From: Nemertoderma westbladi
Taxonomy: Eukaryota; Animalia; Xenacoelomorpha
DNA: 64,000 bases
Direction: 5' to 3'
Assembly: GCA_032718475.1 (NCBI GenBank)
Contig: JAUCBJ010002945.1
Location: forward strand, 1 to 64,000
A program made the translations under genes and the position numbers. Below are positions 11,479 to 25,800 of the stretch, in pieces (position 1 is the stretch's first letter; each line of letters starts with the position of its first letter). Under the pieces are notes generated by a model. It was given only the letters and a program-made list of their open reading frames with translations, ran no database searches and was not told the origin of the DNA.

Positions 11479-12467
11479 GGGACGGGGAACGGGGCCGGGG
11501 GACGGGGGGTGGGGATCGGGGAACGGGGGATGTTATTCCTTGACAATTCTGGATATTTTTAATAATATTCAGATTTAGACGCTAGAAGGTGAAGGTGAAT
11601 GTGAAATTAACAATCAGAATTAGAATGTGAAAGGGAGAGACCCTTTACTACCACTGCTATCATATCTGGGAGCTCATAACGGTAATATCCACTCAAATTT
11701 CAGTAAATTTAATTAAAGGAACTGTACATTATCGTTCAGTTCAGGTCAGACCTGTGAGACAAACGAATAATCACCCTTGTGTATCTCATTGATACTCCTA
11801 TATCCTTTCCAACATCCGAACTGTATAAATAAATATTGTGTCCAGAACCAGTTGCCGCACCTTCTGCGGTAGAAGATGATCTCCCATTATCATGAAGGTG
11901 ATGATGACCCATTGCTGCCACTACGATTCTCATCTCATTGGAACAGGCTGCTTCTTTTGTTTCTGTACAGATAAGTTCCAATACAATACGTTTCGCAGTC
12001 CAACACGGATCTGTCCCAATCGGATATGGATCAGTAAACCACCCCCCCCCCCCCCCCCCCCACCCTAATTGAGGTCTGATTGACAGACTGTTCCTTTGTT
12101 TGTTTTTTTGAAGTTTGACCAAATTACTGAAAAATATTTTCTGACATTATTGATTTCACCATTGTTCCAAGAGCAGATGTTTATGTAGGACAAAGTTACA
12201 AGGCAATTAGAACCAAAAGAGAAGATAAGATATTTTAGAGAAACGGTTTACCACATATAAATGAACCCTTCAAGAACAAAACTTCTTTACCAATTAATTT
12301 TTAAAATCGCTATTTCAAATTGACAGGTTTTTATTGATTCTACTTTTCAGTACTGTATATAAATGAAATTGTAGGCCTATATAGGAATTTAACAGAATTT
12401 ATCAATCACTTTTACTCTTTAAAAAATATAAAAGTTCACAAAAAGTAAACGCGATATATTCAACAAG

Positions 12468-12527
12468 ATGAAGGCTGTGTTTTTTCTTGTGGTCTTTGTT
12501 TCCGTATTAGCTTCAGTGCTCATCCAC
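12468..12527 (+). CDS. Secreted Cys-rich knottin-like peptide, exon 1 (signal peptide MKAVFFLVVFVSVLASVLIH)
   Basis: caacaagATG start, hydrophobic signal sequence, phase-0 GTAAGT donor at 12528; TATA-like tatataaa near 12356. Confidence 0.8.
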
Positions 12528-13224
12528 GTAAGTTACACCAACGCCAATATTTACAGCATGTTAAACCGAAAAGCGCAAATTGTTAAAATATTAACTGCAA
12601 CGATTAATTTATGGTCAATATTAAAAAAAAATTTGTAATTGAACAGTAGTTTAAGTTTTGGTCAAGGTGTCACAAACCAAAGAAAGTAATGTTTTGAGAA
12701 AATATATCTTCTATCAGTACTTTAATATTTACCAAATCCAAAAATCTGTGTATTTGTATAAATCGATCGGTTATTCATCGAAAAGATTTGGATGACGCGC
12801 TAGTGGTGATTAATTAGCTTCAAGAGACCAAAGAATTGAAATTTATACATTCCAGCATCTATTGTGCAACTGATCCTCAAGGATAGACTACTGTAGGCTC
12901 CGGGAATCTGATAGGATGGAGATCTGGAGAACTGGATCTATATCAAAGCTCTCACCTCTCTCTAACCCTTAGCTGATAAATTGGAAGGAATGTTATTGAA
13001 GCAATGGGCGATATACCGGCCTTTCCAGAACTCAACCATGTCCAACTGTCAGCATGACCTCGGTAGAGGCGCACAAAGGGAACAGGAGTTTCTTATTCAA
13101 GTATCTACTGTATTAGATATTTACTATATCTGCATAATACAATAGTAGATCAGCAGAATACAATTTCTTATAATGTGTTTAATCCTGTAGATTTATTAAC
13201 TCGTTATATTTATTCATCTATCAG

Positions 13225-13377
13225 GTAGATGCGACTACGACTACAACTCAAGGAACTCCACCCCCTTGCCAAGCCCGCAACCAGGAATGCCACCGTAATT
13301 TACCGCCTTGCTGCGGTAATGATAAATGTTGCCCCGCTGGTGGTGGCCGCAGATGCAAGCATCATACCGCTTGCTAA
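13225..13377 (+). CDS. Secreted Cys-rich knottin-like peptide, exon 2 (VDATTTTTQGTPPPCQARNQECHRNLPPCCGNDKCCPAGGGRRCKHHTAC*)
   Basis: tctatcAG acceptor in phase 0; 8 Cys in a C-C-CC-CC-C-C pattern; stop at 13375-13377; AATAAA at ~13497. Confidence 0.82.
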   Translation, partial: VDATTTTTQGTPPPCQARNQECHRNLPPCCGNDKCCPAGGGRRCKHHTAC

Positions 13378-13864
13378 AAAAAACGTCTACAATCTGTAAA
13401 AATGATGGAATAATGTGTACATTTATGGTTTAGGTGGTGGGAGAGCTTGATTACCGATGGATAATGTCATCTTACATTACCGATATATTACATATTAATA
13501 AATTCATGTAATTTATTTCATCAAAAAATACCGTCGGTTTCTCAATTTATATTTATTTCAACTCTAATATATTAATGGATTATAATTGATAAAAAAACAA
13601 AATTTTAAATATGGAGGCCTAACTTTGTCGCATAGCGATCCGCGGGTGCCGAGCACTGCGGGGCGAGCCACGGAGTGAGGTGATATTTACCTGTCTTGTT
13701 CTATTAATTAATAAACAAGTCGAACCAAATATTTGAAAGTAAGTAACTCGATCAATCCTCGATGAAATGTAACCAAATTTAGTTGTTAGTCAAGAATTAA
13801 ATAATCAATAATTTCAAATAATTAGTATGGGGATAATTTCCAGTTCTCTAATAATTCATCCTTC

Positions 13865-16800
13865 GGTCAATCTAGCCTGCATTTAGACTGGATTATTTGA
13901 TCAACCACGTTAGATATTGGGTGGGTCAATCGAGCCTTCACTTAGACGGGATTATTTGATCAACCACGTTAGATATTGGGTGGGTCAATCTAGCCTGCAT
14001 TTAGACTGGATTATTTGATCAACCACGTTAGGTATTGAGTGGGTCAATCGAGCCTTCACTTAGACGGGATTATTTGATCAACCACGTTAGATATTGGGTG
14101 GGTCAATCTAGCCTGCATTTAGACTGGATTATTTGATCAACCACGTTAGGTATTGAGTGGGTCAATCGAGCCTTCACTTAGACAGGATTATTTGATCAAC
14201 CACGTTAGATATTGGGTGGGTCAATCTAGCCTGCATTTAGACTGGATTATTTAATCAACCACGTTAGATATTGAGTGGGTCAATCTAGCCCGCATTTAGA
14301 TGGGATTATTTGATCAACCACGTTAGATATTGAGTGGGTCAATCGAGCCTTCACTTAGACGGGATTATTTGATCAACCACGTTAGATATTGGGTGGGTCA
14401 ATCTAGCCTGCATTTAGACTGGATTATTTGATCAACCACGTTAGGTATTGAGTGGGTCAATCTAGCCTGCATTTAGACAGGATTATTTGATCAACCACGT
14501 TAGATATTGGGTGGGTCAATCTAGCCTGCATTTAGACAGGATTATTTGATCAACCACGTTAGATATTGAGTGGGTCAATCGAGCCTTCACTTAGACGGGA
14601 TTATTTGATCAACCACGTTAGATATTGAGTGGGTCAATCTAGCCTGCATTTAGACAGGATTATTTGATCAACCACGTTAGATATTGGGTGGGTCAATCTA
14701 GCCTGCATTTAGACAGGATTATTTGATCAACCACGTTAGATATTGGGTGGGTCAATCTAGCCTGCATTTAGACAGGATTATTTGATCAACCACGTTAGAT
14801 ATTGGGTGGGTCAATCTAGCCTTCATTTAGACGGGATTATTTGATCAACCACGTTAGATATTGGGTGGGTCAATCTAGCCTTCATTTAGACGGGATTATT
14901 TGATCAACCACGTTAGATATTGAGTGGGTCAATCTAGCCTGCATTTAGACTGGATTATTTGATCAACCACGTTAGATATTGGGTGGGTCAATCTAGCCTG
15001 CATTTAGACTGGATTATTTGATCAACCACGTTAGATATTGGGTGGGTCAATCGAGCCTTCACTTAGACGGGATTATTTGATCAACCACGTTAGATATTGA
15101 GTGGGTCAATCTAGCCTGCATTTAGACAGGATTATTTGATCAACCACGTTAGATATTGGGTGGGTCAATCTAGCCTGCATTTAGACGGGATTATTTGATC
15201 AACCACGTTAGATATTGGGTGGTTCAATCTAGCCTGCATTTAGACAGGATTATTTGATCAACCACGTTAGGTATTGAGTGGGTCAATCTAGCCTGCATTT
15301 AGACTGGATTATTTGATCAACCACGTTAGATATTGGGTGGGTCAATCTAGCCTGCATTTAGACTGGATTATTTGATCAACCACGTTAGATATTGGGTGGG
15401 TCAATCTAGCCCGCATTTAGACGGGATTATTTGATCAACCACGTTAGATATTGGGTGGGTCAATCGAGCCTTCACTTAGACGGGATTATTTGATCAACCA
15501 CGTTAGATATTGGGTGGTTCAATCTAGCCTGCATTTAGACAGGATTATTTGATCAACCACGTTAGGTATTGAGTGGGTCAATCTAGCCTGCATTTAGACT
15601 GGATTATTTGATCAACCACGTTAGATATTGGGTGGGTCAATCGAGCCTTCACTTAGACGGGATTATTTGATCAACCACGTTAGATATTGGGTGGTTCAAT
15701 CTAGCCTGCATTTAGACAGGATTATTTGATCAACCACGTTAGATATTGAGTGGGTCAATCGAGCCTTCACTTAGACGGGATTATTTGATCAACCACGTTA
15801 GATATTGGGTGGGTCAATCTAGCCTGCATTTAGACAGGATTATTTGATCAACCACGTTAGATATTGAGTGGGTCAATCGAGCCTTCACTTAGACAGGATT
15901 ATTTGATCAACCACGTTAGGTATTGAGTGGGTCAATCTAGCCTGCATTTAGACAGGATTATTTGATCAACCACGTTAGATATTGGGTGGGTCAATCTAGC
16001 CTGCATTTAGACTGGATTATTTGATCAACCACGTTAGATATTGGGTGGGTCAATCTAGCCTGCATTTAGACTGGATTATTTGATCAACCACGTTAGATAT
16101 TGGGTGGTTCAATCTAGCCTGCATTTAGACTGGATTATTTGATCAACCACGTTAGGTATTGAGTGGGTCAATCGAGCCTGCATTTAGACAGGATTATTTG
16201 ATCAACCACGTTAGGTATTGAGTGGGTCAATCTAGCCTGCATTTAGACTGGATTATTTGATCAACCACGTTAGATATTGGGTGGTTCAATCTAGCCTGCA
16301 TTTAGACTGGATTATTTGATCAACCACGTTAGATATTGAGTGGGTCAATCTAGCCCGCATTTAGACAGGATTATTTGATCAACCACGTTAGGTATTGAGT
16401 GGGTCAATCTAGCCTGCATTTAGACTGGATTATTTGATCAACCACGTTAGATATTGAGTGGGTCAATCGAGCCTTCACTTAGACAGGATTATTTGATCAA
16501 CCACGTTAGATATTGGGTGGTTCAATCTAGCCTGCATTTAGACAGGATTATTTGATCAACCACGTTAGATATTGGGTGGTTCAATCTAGCCTGCATTTAG
16601 ACTGGATTATTTGATCAACCACGTTAGATATTGAGTGGGTCAATCGAGCCTTCACTTAGACAGGATTATTTGATCAACCACGTTAGATATTGGGTGGTTC
16701 AATCTAGCCTGCATTTAGACAGGATTATTTGATCAACCACGTTAGATATTGGGTGGTTCAATCTAGCCTGCATTTAGACAGGATTATTTGATCAACCACG

Positions 16801-19800
16801 TTAGATATTGGGTGGTTCAAACTAGCCTGCATTTAGACTGGATTATTTGATCAACCACGTTAGATATTGAGTGGGTCAATCGAGCCTTCACTTAGACAGG
16901 ATTATTTGATCAACCACGTTAGATATTGGGTGGTTCAATCTAGCCTGCATTTAGACAGGATTATTTGATCAACCACGTTAGATATTGGGTGGTTCAATCT
17001 AGCCTGCATTTAGACTGGATTATTTGATCAACCACGTTAGATATTGGGTGGTTCAATCTAGCCTGCATTTAGACAGGATTATTTGATCAACCACGTTAGA
17101 TATTGGGTGGTTCAATCTAGCCTGCATTTAGACTGGATTATTTGATCAACCACGTTAGATATTGGGTGGTTCAATCTAGCCTTCACTTAGACTGGATTAT
17201 TTGATCAACCACGTTAGATATTGGGTGGTTCAATCTAGCCTGCATTTAGACTGGATTATTTGATCAACCACGTTAGATATTGGGTGGGTCAATCTAGCCC
17301 GCATTTAGACAGGATTATTTGATCAACCACGTTAGATATTGGGTGGGTCAATCTAGCCCGCATTTAGACAGGATTATTTGATCAACCACGTTAGATATTG
17401 GGTGGGTCAATCTAGCCTGCATTTAAACTGGATTATTTGATCAACCACGTTAGGTATTGAGTGGGTCAATCTAGCCTGCATTTAGACTGGATTATTTGAT
17501 CAACCACGTTAGATATTGGGTGGGTCAATCTAGCCTGCATTTAGACTGGATTATTTGATCAACCACGTTAGATATTGGGTGGGTCAATCTAGCCCGCATT
17601 TAGACAGGATTATTTGATCAACCACGTTAGATATTGAGTGGGTCAATCTAGCCTGCATTTAGACAGGATTATTTGATCAACCACGTTAGGTATTGAGTGG
17701 GTCAATCTAGCCCGCATTTAGACAGGATTATTTGATCAACCACGTTAGATATTGGGTGGGTCAATCTAGCCTGCATTTAGACTGGATTATTTGATCAACC
17801 ACGTTAGATATTGGGTGGTTCAATCTAGCCTGCATTTAGACTGGATTATTTGATCAACCACGTTAGATATTGAGTGGGTCAATCTAGCCCGCATTTAGAC
17901 AGGATTATTTGATCAACCACGTTAGATATTGGGTGGGTCAATCTAGCCTGCATTTAGACTGGATTATTTGATCAACCACGTTAGATATTGGGTGGGTCAA
18001 TCTAGCCTGTATTTAGACTGGATTATTTGATCAACCACGTTAGGTATTGGGTGGGTCAATCTAGCCTGCATTTAGACTGGATTATTTGATCAACCACGTT
18101 AGATATTGGGTGGTTCAATCTAGCCTGCATTTAGACTGGATTATTTGATCAACCACGTTAGATATTGAGTGGGTCAATCTAGCCCGCATTTAGACAGGAT
18201 TATTTGATCAACCACGTTAGATATTGGGTGGGTCAATCTAGCCCGCATTTAGACAGGATTATTTGATCAACCACGTTAGATATTGAGTGGGTCAATCTAG
18301 CCTGCATTTAGACTGGATTATTTGATCAACCACGTTAGATATTGGGTGGTTCAATCTAGCCTGCATTTAGACTGGATTATTTGATCAACCACGTTAGGTA
18401 TTGAGTGGGTCAATCTAGCCTGCATTTAGACTGGATTATTTGATCAACCACGTTAGATATTGGGTGGGTCAATCTAGCCCGCATTTAGACAGGATTATTT
18501 GATCAACCACGTTAGGTATTGAGTGGGTCAATCTAGCCTGCATTTAGACTGGATTATTTGATCAACCACGTTAGATATTGGGTGGTTCAATCTAGCCTGC
18601 ATTTAGACTGGATTATTTGATCAACCACGTTAGGTATTGAGTGGGTCAATCTAGCCTGCATTTAGACTGGATTATTTGATCAACCACGTTAGGTATTGAG
18701 TGGGTCAATCGAGCCTTCACTTAGACAGGATTATTTGATCAACCACGTTAGGTATTGAGTGGGTCAATCTAGCCTGCACTTAGACGGGATTAATTGATCA
18801 ATCACGTTAGATATTGGGTGGGTCAATCTAGGCTGCATTTAGACAGGATTATTTGATCAACCACGTTAGATATTGGGTGGTTCAATCTAGGCTGCATTTA
18901 GACAGGATTATTTGATCAACCACGTTAGATATTGGGTGGGTCAATCTAGCCTGCACTTAGACGGGATTAATTGATCAATCACGTTAGATATTGGGTGGGT
19001 CAATCTAGGCTGCATTTAGACAGGATTATTTGATCAACCACGTTAGATATTGAGTGGGTCAATCGAGCCTTCACTTAGACTGGATTATTTGATCAACCAC
19101 GTTAGATATTGGGTGGGTCAATCTAGCCTGCATTTAGACTGGATTATTTGATCAACCACGTTAGGTATTGGGTGGGTCAATCGAGCCTGCATTTAGACTG
19201 GATTATTTGATCAACCACGTTAGGTATTGAGTGGGTCAATCTAGCCTGCATTTAGACAGGATTATTTGATCAACCACGTTAGATATTGGGTGGGTCAATC
19301 TAGCCTGCATTTAGACATGATTATTTGATCAACCACGTTAGATATTGGGTGGGTCAATCTAGCCTGCATTTAGACTGGATTATTTGATCAACCACGTTAG
19401 ATATTGGGTGGGTCAATCTAGCCTGCATTTAGACATGATTATTTGATCAACCACGTTAGATATTGGGTGGGTCAATCTAGCCTGCATTTAGACGGGATTA
19501 TTTGATCAACCACGTTAGATATTGGGTGGGTCAATCTAGCCTGCATTTATACAGGATTATTTGATCAACCACGTTAGATATTGGGTGGGTCAATCTAGCC
19601 TGCATTTAGACTGGATTATTTGATCAACCACGTTAGATATTGGGTGGGTCAATCTAGCCTGCATTTAGACGGGATTATTTGATCAACCACGTTAGATATT
19701 GGGTGGTTCAATCTAGCCTGCATTTAGACAGGATTATTTGATCAACCACGTTAGGTATTGAGTGGGTCAATCTAGCCTGCATTTAGACTGGATTATTTGA

Positions 19801-22800
19801 TCAACCACGTTAGATATTGAGTGGGTCAATCGAGCCTTCACTTAGACAGGATTATTTGATCAACCACGTTAGATATTGGGTGGTTCAATCTAGCCTGCAT
19901 TTAGACAGGATTATTTGATCAACCACGTTAGATATTGGGTGGTTCAATCTAGCCTGCACTTAGACGGGATTATTTGATCAACCACGTTAGATATTGGGTG
20001 GGTCAATCTAGCCCGCATTTAGACAGGATTATTTGATCAACCACGTTAGGTATTGAGTGGGTCAATCTAGCCTGCATTTAGACAGGATTATTTGATCAAC
20101 CACGTTAGATATTGGGTGGTTCAATCTAGCCTGCATTTAGACTGGATTATTTGATCAACCACGTTAGATATTGAGTGGGTCAATCGAGCCTTCACTTAGA
20201 CAGGATTATTTGATCAACCACGTTAGATATTGGGTGGTTCAATCTAGCCTGCATTTAGACAGGATTATTTGATCAACCACGTTAGATATTGGGTGGTTCA
20301 ATCTAGCCTGCATTTAGACTGGATTATTTGATCAACCACGTTAGATATTGGGTGGTTCAATCTAGCCTGCATTTAGACAGGATTATTTGATCAACCACGT
20401 TAGATATTGGGTGGTTCAATCTAGCCTGCATTTAGACAGGATTATTTGATCAACCACGTTAGATATTGGGTGGGTCAATCTAGCCCGCATTTAGACAGGA
20501 TTATTTGATCAACCACGTTAGATATTGGGTGGTTCAATCTAGCCTGCATTTAGACTGGATTATTTGATCAACCACGTTAGATATTGGGTGGTTCAATCTA
20601 GCCTTCACTTAGACTGGATTATTTGATCAACCACGTTAGATATTGGGTGGTTCAATCTAGCCTGCATTTAGACTGGATTATTTGATCAACCACGTTAGAT
20701 ATTGGGTGGGTCAATCTAGCCCGCATTTAGACAGGATTATTTGATCAACCACGTTAGGTATTGAGTGGGTCAATCTAGCCTGCATTTAGACTGGATTATT
20801 TGATCAACCACGTTAGATATTGGGTGGTTCAATCTAGCCTGCATTTAGACTGGATTATTTGATCAACCACGTTAGATATTGAGTGGGTCAATCTAGCCCG
20901 CATTTAGACAGGATTATTTGATCAACCACGTTAGGTATTGAGTGGGTCAATCTAGCCTGCATTTAGACTGGATTATTTGATCAACCACGTTAGATATTGG
21001 GTGGTTCAATCTAGCCTGCATTTAGACTGGATTATTTGATCAACCACGTTAGGTATTGAGTGGGTCAATCTAGCCTGCATTTAGACTGGATTATTTGATC
21101 AACCACGTTAGATATTGGGTGGGTCAATCTAGCCCGCATTTAGACAGGATTATTTGATCAACCACGTTAGGTATTGAGTGGGTCAATCTAGCCTGCATTT
21201 AGACTGGATTATTTGATCAACCACGTTAGATATTGGGTGGTTCAATCTAGCCTGCATTTAGACTGGATTATTTGATCAACCACGTTAGGTATTGAGTGGG
21301 TCAATCTAGCCTGCATTTAGACTGGATTATTTGATCAACCACGTTAGGTATTGAGTGGGTCAATCGAGCCTTCACTTAGACAGGATTATTTGATCAACCA
21401 CGTTAGGTATTGAGTGGGTCAATCTAGCCTGCACTTAGACGGGATTAATTGATCAATCACGTTAGATATTGGGTGGGTCAATCTAGGCTGCATTTAGACA
21501 GGATTATTTGATCAACCACGTTAGATATTGGGTGGTTCAATCTAGGCTGCATTTAGACAGGATTATTTGATCAACCACGTTAGATATTGGGTGGGTCAAT
21601 CTAGCCTGCACATAGACGGGATTAATTGATCAATCACGTTAGATATTGGGTGGGTCAATCTAGGCTGCATTTAGACAGGATTATTTGATCAACCACGTTA
21701 GATATTGAGTGGGTCAATCGAGCCTTCACTTAGACAGGATTATTTGATCAACCACGTTAGATATTGGGTGGGTCAATCTAGCCTGCATTTAGACAGGATT
21801 ATTTAATCAACCACGTTAGATATTGAGTGGGTCAATCTAGCCTGCACTTAGACGGGATTAATTGATCAATCACGTTAGATATTGGGTGGGTCAATCTAGG
21901 CTGCATTTAGACAGGATTATTTGATCAACCACGTTAGATATTGGGTGGTTCAATCTAGGCTGCATTTAGACAGGATTATTTGATCAACCACGTTAGATAT
22001 TGGGTGGGTCAATCTAGCCTGCACATAGACGGGATTAATTGATCAATCACGTTAGATATTGGGTGGGTCAATCTAGGCTGCATTTAGACAGGATTATTTG
22101 ATCAACCACGTTAGATATTGGGTGGGTCAATCTAGCCTGCACATAGACGGGATTAATTGATCAATCACGTTAGATATTGGGTGGGTCAATCTAGGCTGCA
22201 TTTAGACAGGATTATTTGATCAACCACGTTAGATATTGAGTGGGTCAATCGAGCCTTCACTTAGACAGGATTATTTGATCAACCACGTTAGATATTGGGT
22301 GGGTCAATCTAGCCTGCATTTAGACAGGATTATTTAATCAACCACGTTAGATATTGAGTGGGTCAATCTAGCCTGCACTTAGACGGGATTAATTGATCAA
22401 TCACGTTAGATATTGGGTGGGTCAATCTAGGCTGCATTTAGACAGGATTATTTGATCAACCACGTTAGATATTGAGTGGGTCAATCGAGCCTTCACTTAG
22501 ACAGGATTATTTGATCAACCACGTTAGATATTGGGTGGGTCAATCTAGCCTGCATTTAGACAGGATTATTTAATCAACCACGTTAGATATTGGGTGGGTC
22601 AATCTAGCCTGCACATAGACGGGATTAATTGATCAATCACGTTAGATATTGGGTGGGTCAATCTAGGCTGCATTTAGACAGGATTATTTGATCAACCACG
22701 TTAGATATTGAGTGGGTCAATCGAGCCTTCACTTAGACAGGATTATTTGATCAACCACGTTAGATATTGGGTGGGTCAATCTAGCCTGCATTTAGACAGG

Positions 22801-25800
22801 ATTATTTGATCAACCACGTTAGATATTGAGTGGGTCAATCTAGCCTGCATTTAGACTGGATTATTTGATCAACCACGTTAGGTATTGGGTGGGTCAATCT
22901 AGCCTGCATTTAGACTGGATTATTTGATCAACCACGTTAGGTATTGGGTGGGTCAATCTAGCCTGCATTTAGACAGGATTATTTGATCAACCACGTTAGA
23001 TATTGGGTGGGTCAATCGAGCCTGCATTTAGACTGGATTATTTGATCAACCACGTTAGGTATTGAGTGGGTCAATCTAGCCTGCATTTAGATGGGATTAT
23101 TTGATCAACCACGTTAGATATTGGGTGGGTCAATCTAGCCTGCATTTAGACTGGATTATTTGATCAACCACGTTAGATATTGAGTGGGTCAATCGAGCCT
23201 TCACTTAGACAGGATTATTTGATCAACCACGTTAGGTATTGAGTGGGTCAATCTAGCCTGCACTTAGACTGGATTATTTGATCAACCACGTTACATATTG
23301 AGTGGGTCAATCTAGGCTGCATTTAGACAGGATTATTTGATCAACCACGTTAGATATTGGGTGGTTCAATCTAGCCTGCATTTAGACAGGATTATTTGAT
23401 CAACCACGTTAGATATTGGGTGGGTCAATCTAGCCTGCACTTAGACGGGATTAATTGATCAATCACGTTAGATATTGGGTGGGTCAATCTAGGCTGCATT
23501 TAGACAGGATTATTTGATCAACCACGTTAGATATTGAGTGGGTCAATCGAGCCTTCACTTAGACGGGATTATTTGATCAACCACGTTAGATATTGGGTGG
23601 GTCAATCTAGCCTGCATTTAGACAGGATTATTTGATCAACCACGTTAGATATTGGGTGGGTCAATCTAGCCTGCATTTAGATAGGATTATTTGATCAACC
23701 ACGTTAGATATTGAGTGGGTCAATCGAGCCTTCACTTAGACAGGATTATTTAATCAACCACGTTAGATATTGAGTGGGTCAATCTAGCCTGCATTTAGAC
23801 TGGATTATTTGATCAACCACGTTAGATATTGAGTGGGTCAATCTAGCCTGCATTTAGACTGGATTATTTGATCAACCACGTTAGATATTGAGTGGGTCAA
23901 TCGAGCCTTCACTTAGACAGGATTATTTGATCAACCACGTTAGGTATTGAGTGGGTCAATCTAGCCTGCACTTAGACGGGATTAATTGATCAATCACGTT
24001 AGATATTGGGTGGGTCAATCTAGGCTGCATTTAGACAGGATTATTTGATCAACCACGTTAGATATTGAGTGGGTCAATCGAGCCTTCACTTAGACAGGAT
24101 TATTTGATCAACCACGTTAGATATTGGGTGGTTCAATCTAGCCTGCATTTAGACAGGATTATTTGATCAACCACGTTAGATATTGGGTGGGTCAATCTAG
24201 CCTGCACTTAGACGGGATTAATTGATCAATCACGTTAGATATTGGGTGGGTCAATCTAGGCTGCATTTAGACAGGATTATTTGATCAACCACGTTAGATA
24301 TTGAGTGGGTCAATCGAGCCTTCACTTAGACGGGATTATTTGATCAACCACGTTAGGTATTGAGTGGGTCAATCTAGCCTGCATTTAGACTGGATTATTT
24401 GATCAACCACGTTAGATATTGAGTGGGTCAATCGAGCCTTCACTTAGACAGGATTATTTGATCAACCACGTTAGATATTGGGTGGGTCAATCTAGCCTGC
24501 ATTTAGATAGGATTATTTGATCAACCACGTTAGATATTGAGTGGGTCAATCGAGCCTTCACTTAGACGGGATTATTTGATCAACCACATTAGATATTGGG
24601 TGGGTCAATCTAGCCTGCATTTAGACAGGATTATTTGATCAACCACGTTAGATATTGGGTGGGTCAATCTAGCCTGCATTTAGATAGGATTATTTGATCA
24701 ACCACGTTAGATATTGAGTGGGTCAATCGAGCCTTCACTTAGACAGGATTATTTAATCAACCACGTTAGATATTGAGTGGGTCAATCTAGCCTGCATTTA
24801 GACTGGATTATTTGATCAACCACGTTAGGTATTGAGTGGGTCAATCGAGCCTGCATTTAGACTGGATTATTTGATCAACCACGTTAGATATTGGGTGGGT
24901 CAATCGAGCCTGCACTTAGACGGGATTATTTGATCAACCACGTTAGGTATTGAGTGGTTCAATCTAGCCTGCATTTAGACTGGATTATTTGATCAACCAC
25001 GTTAGGTATTGGGTGGGTCAATCTAGCCTGCATTTAGACGGGATTATTTGATCAACCACGTTAGATATTGGGTGGGTCAATCTAGCCTGCATTTAGACTG
25101 GATTATTTGATCAACCACGTTAGATATTGAGTGGGTCAATCTAGCCTGCATTTAGACGGGATTATTTGATCAACCACGTTAGGTATTGGGTGGGTCAATC
25201 TAGCCTGCATTTAGACTGGATTATTTGATCAACCACGTTAGGTATTGAGTGGGTCAATCTAGCCTGCATTTAGACAGGATTATTTGATCAACCACGTTAG
25301 GTATTGAGTGGGTCAATCGAGCCTTCACTTAGACTGGATTATTTGATCAACCACGTTAGATATTGGGTGGTTCAATCTAGCCTGCATTTAGACAGGATTA
25401 TTTGATCAACCACGTTAGATATTGGGTGGGTCAATCTAGCCTGCATTTAGACTGGATTATTTGATCAACCACGTTAGATATTGGGTGGGTCAATCTAGCC
25501 TGTATTTAGACAGGATTATTTGATCAACCACGTTAGGTATTGGGTGGGTCAATCTAGCCTGCATTTAGACTGGATTATTTGATCAACCACGTTAGATATT
25601 GGGCGGGTCAATCTAGCCTGTATTTAGACTGGATTATTTGATCAACCACGTTAGGTATTGGGTGGGTCAATCTAGCCTGCATTTAGACTGGATTATTTGA
25701 TCAACCACGTTAGATATTGGGTGGGTCAATCTAGCCTGCATTTAGACAGGATTATTTGATCAACCACGTTAGGTATTGGGTGGGTCAATCTAGCCTGCAT

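Noticed and set aside
11736-12122. 128-aa minus-strand ORF
   Set aside because: Runs through a poly-G tract, has a non-ATG start and no recognisable motif.
12780-13090. Coding-like stretch in the knottin intron
   Set aside because: Stops in the frames examined and no motif I can assign; probably old TE debris.
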